Shown: in pieces, positions 7,994 to 14,004 of the stretch
Layout: each line of letters begins with the position of its first letter
Numbering within the stretch: the stretch's first letter is position 1
Assembly: GCA_031416315.1 (NCBI GenBank)
Contig: JANOTL010000166.1
Location: 1-15,791, forward strand
DNA length: 15,791 bases
Direction of reading: 5' to 3'
From: Pseudomonadota bacterium
GTDB taxonomy: Bacteria > Bdellovibrionota_B > Oligoflexia > Oligoflexales > CAIYRB01
Translations under genes and position numbers: made by a program
Notes under the pieces: generated by a model
What the model was told of the DNA's origin: nothing
Databases searched by the model: none
What the model saw: only the letters and a program-made list of their open reading frames with translations

Positions 7994-8860
7994 TTGGGCA
8001 ACGGCGAAGACTTCAAGGACCCGCACGTCGTGCTCGACGGCTTTGCTTCGCTGCGCCGTCACCATGCGGCGAAGCGCAAGGTGCGCGAGGCGCAGATCAC
8101 GGCTTTGCCGCTCGTCCCGAACGCCCGGATCCTGGACGTCGGCATCGGCCCAGGCCTTTACCTGGAGCATTGGCTCGAGCTCACCGAAAAGAGCGGCGCG
8201 CGCTTCACCCTCGTCGACAACTCTGAGCCGGCGCTTGCCGAGTGCCGGCGCATCGCCTTCGCAGCCGGCGCCAAAGCGAGAGTCGAGACGATGAGCCTCG
8301 ACCTCTTCGCGCTCGGCCGGTCCGGCATCGGCCCGTTCGACCTGGTCTTCATTGGCAATACTTTGGAGTACGTGCGCGAGCCCGCGGCCTTCTTGCGTCA
8401 GGAGATCAGGCCCCTGGTGCGCCCCGGAGGCACGATCGCCGTACGCGACCTCGACTGCGGCGTGCTCGGCACCAACTTGGTCGATCCGGCGCTTTGCGCG
8501 AAAGTCGTGACGGCCAGGATCCTGGGCTGCCAGCTCATCTCGCGCGAGCCGGGCGGCGTCTTCCATGATCCGTTCGTGGGCCGCGATCTGGGCCGCATCC
8601 TGAGCGAGGCGGGGCTGACCGAGGTGCGCCACCTTCCTTACTACTGCGAGTTCGCGGCGCCGCTCAGCGAAGCTGAGCGCCAATATCTCGCGGCTTTGCA
8701 CACGACTTGGTACGTCGAAGACCGCGCGGGTCATCTGACGGCCGCGGAGAAAGCCGCGTGGAGCCAAGCCTTCAATGCCGACCGCGTGGACGGGGTCCTG
8801 CGGGCGCCGGGGCTTTTTTACGTCGAGACGGAGTTCTTGGCGCTCGGGCGGCATGGGTGA
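7994..8860 (+). CDS. Class I SAM-dependent methyltransferase
   Basis: Motif I 'RILDVGIGPG', 'TLVDNS', 'PFDLVFIGNTLEYV', 'LVRPGGTIAVRD'. TTG start lies 6 nt after GAGGAG. Confidence 0.9.
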   Translation: MGNGEDFKDPHVVLDGFASLRRHHAAKRKVREAQITALPLVPNARILDVGIGPGLYLEHWLELTEKSGARFTLVDNSEPALAECRRIAFAAGAKARVETMSLDLFALGRSGIGPFDLVFIGNTLEYVREPAAFLRQEIRPLVRPGGTIAVRDLDCGVLGTNLVDPALCAKVVTARILGCQLISREPGGVFHDPFVGRDLGRILSEAGLTEVRHLPYYCEFAAPLSEAERQYLAALHTTWYVEDRAGHLTAAEKAAWSQAFNADRVDGVLRAPGLFYVETEFLALGRHG

Positions 8861-8869
8861 GGACCTCGC
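8857..8869. repeat. Right copy of the short inverted repeat (GTGAGG-A-CCTCGC), overlapping the methyltransferase stop
   Basis: Its reverse complement GCGAGG-T-CCTCAC compares with the left copy GCGAGG-AG-CCTCAC. Confidence 0.55.
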
Positions 8870-8879
8870 GACCCGCATG

Positions 8880-8896
8880 AGCAAGCGCCCGGCCAG
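8880..8896 (-). promoter_or_regulatory. Putative sigma54 (RpoN) -24/-12 promoter; predicted start near 8869, facing the DMT-HDO-SBP-kinase operon
   Basis: Minus strand reads CTGGCCGGGCGCTTGCT against consensus YTGGCACG-N4-TTGCW: exact GG-N10-GC spacing, two mismatches, intergenic location. Confidence 0.6.
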
Positions 8897-8935
8897 CTTT
8901 CCGGGCCAAGCTTTGCCAGGATAGGTCGCTTCTGT

Positions 8936-8994
8936 GTCCGGAATTTGCGCCAGTGGCCGGAATCTAGGCCAAAAATCTGGCGCAAATTTCGGAC
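8936..8994. repeat. 18-bp inverted repeat with one mismatch and a nested 5-bp inverted repeat; candidate enhancer-binding site or RNA hairpin
   Basis: GTCCGGAATTTGCGCCAG (8936-8953) pairs with CTGGCGCAAATTTCGGAC (8977-8994). The inner TGGCC (8954-8958) pairs with GGCCA (8967-8971). There is no U-tract on either strand. Confidence 0.75.
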
Positions 8995-9003
8995 GGCGGC
9001 GGC

Positions 9004-10035
9004 CTACAGTCCCAAAAACCCTTCCAAGATCTTCCGCTTCCTGGCGCAACGAGGCTCGTCCCAGCAGGCGGTGACCCGCCGGACGACCGTGCCGTCGCGG
9101 GCGACGGCGCGCAGCTCGAACGGCCGGCCGCGGAGCTTGGTGTGCACGTAGGTCGCGAGCGCGTCGGCGAAATCGTCGTAGGGATTGGTCGCGGCGTAAA
9201 GCGTGACGAAGTCGCTGGCGAGGAGCCAGTCGTAGTAGCGCGTCGCCTCGATCGCTTTCGGTTTCTCCGGCGCGCTTCGGTAGTAGACGACGATGCCGGG
9301 AAGCGGCGCCTCTCGATCGCGTTTGCGCGCGAGGCGCCCGTCCCTCACGCCCCAGGACTCGGCCATGTAAGCGTAGTCTTCCATGTCGAGCAAGGTCGCG
9401 GGGGTCGACCACGAGGAATGCATCTCGGAGTCGTAGCCGACGACGTGCGCCAGCTCGTGAATCAGGACGAACTCGCGCGCGATGCGCGGAACGTCGTCCG
9501 CGGCAGTCGCCGCCATCGTCGCCTCGATGCGCAGGTCCGGGTCCGGAACGAAGACCGAGCCCTCTTTGAACCGGAGCCAGTCGTTTGCCTTCCTCGCCAG
9601 GGCGGTCGTGTCCAGGACGACGAAAGCGCCGACGAGTCGCCCTTGCGCGTCGAAGGCGACCTCCGTGAAGCCCGAGCTCCCGGTGCCCTGCGCCAGGAAG
9701 ACGCCGATGAGGCGTGCGTCCAGCATTTGGCGCAGCGCCGCGGGCAGGGCGGCGATCGCGTCTTTCAGCTCGGAGGCGAGCACCGGGTCTTCGGGTGAAG
9801 GCTCTGCCTGCGCGTCGAAGCCGTTGACCGCCCCGTCCAGATCTAGGAACTCGATGAGCTCCTTCGGCGCCGGTCCGACGCGCTCGGCCGCGGGCTTGGC
9901 GCGAAAGTCGCCCCAATACGAAGACGTCCGCACGACGTGTGTCTTGAGGTCCGTCGCCTTCGGCTTCGCCGTCACGCGCCAAGCCGCCGCGCCGACGAGG
10001 GCGAGAACGGCGAAACCGATGAGGAGACGTTTCAA
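9004..10035 (-). CDS. Secreted or membrane-anchored putative zinc metallopeptidase (HExxH zincin)
   Basis: Probable TTG start at 10035 overlaps the ung stop (TTGA); 10047 is an alternative. Signal-like 'MKRLLIGFAVLALVGAAAW', 'LIHELAHVVG', and downstream 'FVTLYAATNPYDDFAD'. Confidence 0.7.
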   Translation of the reverse strand: MKRLLIGFAVLALVGAAAWRVTAKPKATDLKTHVVRTSSYWGDFRAKPAAERVGPAPKELIEFLDLDGAVNGFDAQAEPSPEDPVLASELKDAIAALPAALRQMLDARLIGVFLAQGTGSSGFTEVAFDAQGRLVGAFVVLDTTALARKANDWLRFKEGSVFVPDPDLRIEATMAATAADDVPRIAREFVLIHELAHVVGYDSEMHSSWSTPATLLDMEDYAYMAESWGVRDGRLARKRDREAPLPGIVVYYRSAPEKPKAIEATRYYDWLLASDFVTLYAATNPYDDFADALATYVHTKLRGRPFELRAVARDGTVVRRVTACWDEPRCARKRKILEGFLGL

Positions 10036-10721
10036 GAAAGCGCCCAATCGATCGGCTTCGAGCCCTGCTGCGTCAGATACTGGTTCACCTTGGCGAAAGG
10101 CTTTGAGCCGAGGAAGCCGCGGTAGGCGGAGAGCGGCGACGGGTGCGCGGTCTCCAGCACGAAGTTACGGTTCTTGTCGATGAATGCCGCTTTTTTCTGC
10201 GCGTGCGCGCCCCACAGCACGTACGCGAGACCGTCTCGTTCGCTCGCCAGGGCCAAGAGCGCGGCGTCGGTGAATTTCTCCCAACCGGCCTTCGCGTGGG
10301 AGCCGGCCTTGCCTTCTTCGACGGTGAGCGAGGTGTTGAGCAGCAGGACGCCTCTTTTCGCCCACGGGGAGAGATCGCCGCTCTTCCCCTCGGCTCCGAG
10401 CTCCTTGAAGATGTTGCGCAAGGACGGCGGCAGCTTTTTCATGCCCGTCGGCACGGAGAACGACAGCCCGTGCGCTTGCCCGGCGGCGTGATACGGATCC
10501 TGCCCGAGGATCACGCAGCGCACGTCTTTGAGGGGCGTCGCATTGAACGCGGCGAAGACGGCCTCGCGCGGCGGATAAACCACCTTCCCGGCCGCGGCTT
10601 CGCGGGCGAGAAAGAGGTCGAGCGCGTGAAAGCTTTCGGTCGCCATCGCGGGCGCGAGGGCGCGGCGCCAACCGGGCTCGACGAGCTCCGGCAAGTACTC
10701 GGATTTATTCTTTGAAATCAT
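10032..10721 (-). CDS. ung: Uracil-DNA glycosylase, family 1
   Basis: 'ILGQDPYH', 'AHGLSFSV', 'PPSLRNIFKEL', 'GVLLLNTSLTV', 'LWGAHA', 'HPSPLS'. ATG at 10721 was chosen for its upstream GGAG; the ORF extends to 10760. Confidence 0.97.
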   Translation of the reverse strand: MISKNKSEYLPELVEPGWRRALAPAMATESFHALDLFLAREAAAGKVVYPPREAVFAAFNATPLKDVRCVILGQDPYHAAGQAHGLSFSVPTGMKKLPPSLRNIFKELGAEGKSGDLSPWAKRGVLLLNTSLTVEEGKAGSHAKAGWEKFTDAALLALASERDGLAYVLWGAHAQKKAAFIDKNRNFVLETAHPSPLSAYRGFLGSKPFAKVNQYLTQQGSKPIDWALS

Positions 10722-10816
10722 CGAGATGAGCTCCACGATCAGCATTGCCCCGAGCCGCATGACCAGGATATATCATCATGATCTTCCGCGATTGACCATT
10801 GAGAAGGGGAGTCGAG

Positions 10817-11836
10817 ATGCCCGTGAGTTCGCCCGGAGCCGTTCGGCGTACGAGAATCACCGGAACGGGAATGTTCGTGCCGCCCGACGTCGTCACCAAC
10901 CGCGACCTCGAAAAGCTCATGGACACCTCGGACGAATGGATCCAGCAGCGCTCGGGCATCAAGGAGCGCCGCTACGCCAAGGTCGGCCTCGGGCCCGCCG
11001 ATCTCGCCCACGAGGCCGCGAAAAAGGCCCTCGACGCGGCGGGACGTAAGGCGACCGATCTCGACTTGATCATCGTCGCGACCCTGTCGCCCGACTATTA
11101 CTTCCCCGGCACCGGCGTCTTCCTGCAGGACTCCCTCGGCTGCAGCACGATCCCTGCGCTTGACGTGCGCAACCAATGCTCGGGCTTTCTCTACGGCTTG
11201 AAGACGGCGACGGCGTTCGTCGCCTCAGGCCAATACAAGTGCGTCCTCGTCGTCGGCGCCGAGGTCCATTCCTCGGGCATCAATCTGACGACCGAGGGTC
11301 GCGACGTCGCCGTTCTCTTCGGCGACGGCGCCGGCGCCATCATTGTCGAGCCGACGGAGGACCCCGAGCGCGGCATCCTATCGACGCACCTCTATTCCGA
11401 AGGCGCCCACAAGGACCTGCTCAAGATCGAGTTCCCGAGCATGCGCCAGAAGCCTTACATCCAAAAACACAACATCGACGACAACTCCATCTTCCCGAAG
11501 ATGGACGGCAAAAGCGTCTTCAAGCACGCCGTGCGCCGCATGCCCGAGGCGGTCAACACCGCGCTCGAGGTCAACAAGTACACGGCCGACCAGGTCGACT
11601 GCTTCCTCTTTCATCAGGCCAACCTCCGCATCAACGAGGCCGTGATGAAGGGACTGAATCAGCCGATGGAGAAATCGCACAACAACATCGAGAAGTACGG
11701 CAACTGCTCGGCTGCCTCGATCCCGATGTGCCTCGACGAAGCCGTGCGCTTCGGCAAGATCAAGGAAGGCTCGCTCGTCTGCATGGCGGGCTTCGGCGCC
11801 GGCTTCACGTGGGGCAGCGCGCTCATCCGATGGTAA
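10817..11836 (+). CDS. fabH: Beta-ketoacyl-ACP synthase III
   Basis: 'DTSDEWIQQRSGIKERR', catalytic Cys 'NQCSGF', 'LFGDGAGA', His 'FHQANLRI', Asn 'YGNCSAASIP', 'FGAGFTWG'. ATG at 10817 follows a GGGGAG SD. Confidence 0.95.
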   Translation: MPVSSPGAVRRTRITGTGMFVPPDVVTNRDLEKLMDTSDEWIQQRSGIKERRYAKVGLGPADLAHEAAKKALDAAGRKATDLDLIIVATLSPDYYFPGTGVFLQDSLGCSTIPALDVRNQCSGFLYGLKTATAFVASGQYKCVLVVGAEVHSSGINLTTEGRDVAVLFGDGAGAIIVEPTEDPERGILSTHLYSEGAHKDLLKIEFPSMRQKPYIQKHNIDDNSIFPKMDGKSVFKHAVRRMPEAVNTALEVNKYTADQVDCFLFHQANLRINEAVMKGLNQPMEKSHNNIEKYGNCSAASIPMCLDEAVRFGKIKEGSLVCMAGFGAGFTWGSALIRW

Positions 11837-12362
11837 GCGCGAGCAGCGTTCGGGCCAGCATGCCGAGGAAGGTCGAGTAGCCGACCGAGGCGTGTTGGAT
11901 CTTCAGGTCGCGGTCCATGAGGAAATACGTGGGGAAGGCATCGATGCGGAGCGCTCGTTGCGTGCCTTCATCGCCCAAGACGACCGGCGACGGAAACGGA
12001 TGCTCCGCGGCGTAGATGCGCACGTCCTCGGGCTTATCGAAGGCGAGCGCGAGGGGCACGATGCGGACGCTCGCCGCATCGAAGAGCTGCGCCAGCCAGC
12101 GTAGGTTCGAGCTGCTCATCTTGCAGACGCCGCACCACGGCGCGAACGCATAAACGAGCGTGACCTTCGCCGGGCTCGTCGGCGCGCCCCACGCGAACGG
12201 CGTGCCTTCCAGCGTCGCGAGGCTCGCGGAAAGACCAGGCGTCTCGCTGCCGGCGGGTAGCTCGCGCGTCTGCCACCAGGAGATGCCGAAGAACAGCAGC
12301 GTCACGAGCGCAAGGTCCCGTAACCACGTCCGTCTCGGCAGTTTTTTTGGGATTTCGCTCAA
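11823..12362 (-). CDS. TlpA/ResA-like membrane-anchored thiol-disulfide oxidoreductase
   Basis: TTG start 7 nt after GGAGG; one N-terminal TM segment; 'FAPWCGVC' CxxC motif; cis-Pro 'AFPTYF'. Convergent 14-bp overlap with fabH. Confidence 0.85.
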   Translation of the reverse strand: MSEIPKKLPRRTWLRDLALVTLLFFGISWWQTRELPAGSETPGLSASLATLEGTPFAWGAPTSPAKVTLVYAFAPWCGVCKMSSSNLRWLAQLFDAASVRIVPLALAFDKPEDVRIYAAEHPFPSPVVLGDEGTQRALRIDAFPTYFLMDRDLKIQHASVGYSTFLGMLARTLLALTIG

Positions 12363-12393
12363 CTCCGCGCCTCCGGCGCCGAGAAGGGGCGCG

Positions 12394-14004
12394 ATGCCGA
12401 ATCTCTCCATCATAGCGAACATTCCCGCCGAGATCCCGATCTGGGTAATCCTGGCGAACCTCACGCTGCACGGAGTCGTGGCTCTGATCTTTGCTTTCCT
12501 CGCCGTGCGCTTTACGCTGTGGGCGGTGAAGGAGGGTTGGCGCCCAGGTCCTGACGGCGAGCATTGGACCGTTACGGCACGTCGCCTTTGGCCCGTGCGC
12601 CGCGCGCAAGCTTTCGCGGTGTCGTTCTCAGCCGTGGCGATGGCGGTGGCGACCTCCGTCGGCGTTTCCGGCCATACGCTCGTTCCCGCGCACGCGCATG
12701 CCGTGTGCGCGATTCTCGGCGCCGTCTTCGGGGCGCATCTGGCCGGCGGCCGCGCGCGGCGGGTCATGCAGCCGCTCGGCCGGCGGAGCCTCGGCCAAAG
12801 GTGGGTCGGCTGCCTTTGCTTGAGCCTCGTCCTCTACGTCGTCGCCATCGCGACGCTCCTCTTCGCGAGCCTGATGCCGAAAGGCTTCGACGGACGCGGC
12901 GCCGTGTGGGCGCTGGCGTTCGCCGCGGTGATTTGGGCCGCGATCCGCGGCGGCGGACTCCGGCTCGCCGCGGCGCTCGGACTGGCCTTCCGCGCGCAGG
13001 CGGAGCTGCAGCAGAGGGTCGACCTTCTAGCGCGGCGGATCGGCCATCCGCCGGTTCGCGTTTACGTGCTGCGGACGGGGATGCTGAACGCGTTCGCGCT
13101 GCCGCAAATGCCGGCGATCGGCGTGACCGAAGCCTTGCTCGAGCATCTGAGCGCGAGCGAGGTCGACGCGATCTGCGCGCACGAGATCGGTCATTTGACC
13201 GAGTCACGGCGCACACAGCGCGTGCGCTCGGCGCTCGTCTGGCTCGTTTACCTCATCTTCGTCGCGCTCTACGTGATGCGCGCGTTCGACGTCGGCGGCA
13301 CCGTGCAGCTCGGCGTCGTTTTCGGCTTCGTTTACTTGAAGATGACGCTCGCCGGAAAATTCTTGCGGCATCAGGAGCATCGCGCCGACGCCGTCGCCAA
13401 GGAGCATGAAGAGGAAGAGGGCGCGTATGCGCGCGCATTGGAGAAGCTCTACCGCTTGTCGCTGATTCCTGCCATCCTTCCGGGCGCGGGGAAAACCCAT
13501 CCCCACCTCTACGATCGGCTCCTCTCGTCGGGCGTCACCCCGACCTTTCCGCGGCCCGAGGCGCCAAAAAACGGGCGATCCCGCGTCGCCGTCTTCGGGC
13601 TCGTGGTCGGGGCGTTTGCCTACTGCGGCGCAATTTTCGTCGGAGCCGCAGCGTTTCGTGCCCACGCAGAGGTGGGCGCCGAGGAGCGTCTCGCGCGCTT
13701 CGCCGTCTCGGGATTCTCTTTCTTCGGCGTCTCGCAGATGGCGCACGAGGCGTACATGAAAGACGACTTCGCCGCCGCGGCGCGGCTTTTCCAGGCCGCA
13801 GCGCGGCTCGATCGCAAAATGGCGAGCGCCCACTACGGCGCTGCGCAAGCGCTCGCCCAAGCAAACCAGTGCCAGACGGCTGAAGCCGAGCTAGACGAAG
13901 GCGAGCGCGTCACGAAAGCGAAAGGCGCCAGGGACGAGTCCATGACGCCTGAATATGCGGCCTCGGTCGCGATCCTAGTCGCCCGGTGCCGCCTCGCTCA
14001 CTGA
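12394..14004 (+). CDS. M48-family (HtpX/Ste24-like) integral-membrane zinc metalloprotease with C-terminal TPR-like region
   Basis: 'NAFAL', 'ICAHEIGH', 'EHRADA', 'ALEKL', 'THP...DRL'; multiple TM segments; TPR-like 'DFAAAARLFQAAARLD...AHYGAAQALAQ'. ATG at 12394 follows GAAGGGG. Confidence 0.87.
   Translation: MPNLSIIANIPAEIPIWVILANLTLHGVVALIFAFLAVRFTLWAVKEGWRPGPDGEHWTVTARRLWPVRRAQAFAVSFSAVAMAVATSVGVSGHTLVPAHAHAVCAILGAVFGAHLAGGRARRVMQPLGRRSLGQRWVGCLCLSLVLYVVAIATLLFASLMPKGFDGRGAVWALAFAAVIWAAIRGGGLRLAAALGLAFRAQAELQQRVDLLARRIGHPPVRVYVLRTGMLNAFALPQMPAIGVTEALLEHLSASEVDAICAHEIGHLTESRRTQRVRSALVWLVYLIFVALYVMRAFDVGGTVQLGVVFGFVYLKMTLAGKFLRHQEHRADAVAKEHEEEEGAYARALEKLYRLSLIPAILPGAGKTHPHLYDRLLSSGVTPTFPRPEAPKNGRSRVAVFGLVVGAFAYCGAIFVGAAAFRAHAEVGAEERLARFAVSGFSFFGVSQMAHEAYMKDDFAAAARLFQAAARLDRKMASAHYGAAQALAQANQCQTAEAELDEGERVTKAKGARDESMTPEYAASVAILVARCRLAH

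Noticed and set aside
8904..8918. Second sigma54-like motif on the minus strand (CTGGCAAAGCTTGGC)
   Set aside because: The spacing is 9 nt and there is no TTGC element.
8936..8994. Inverted repeat as a classical intrinsic terminator
   Set aside because: No U-tract follows it on either strand, so it is reported only as a repeat.
8855..9982. Upstream part of the 668-aa ORF 7976..9982
   Set aside because: It is an out-of-frame shadow of the zincin gene that runs through the intergenic repeat and has no protein-like features. Only 7976-8854 is kept as a hypothesis.
10745..10797. AT-richer patch with short palindromes (GATATATC, ATCATGAT) and sigma70-like hexamers between ung and fabH
   Set aside because: It probably contains promoters, but the -35/-10 spacing is not convincing and the palindromes are too short to call.
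10817..11836. fabH as part of the HDO biosynthetic cluster
   Set aside because: It is separated by ung and the zincin gene, transcribed divergently, has no adjacent ACP, and looks like a housekeeping KAS III.
12160..12767. Extended overlapping N-termini of the TlpA (to 12767) and M48 (from 12160) ORFs
   Set aside because: SD-supported starts at 12362 and 12394 remove the overlap.
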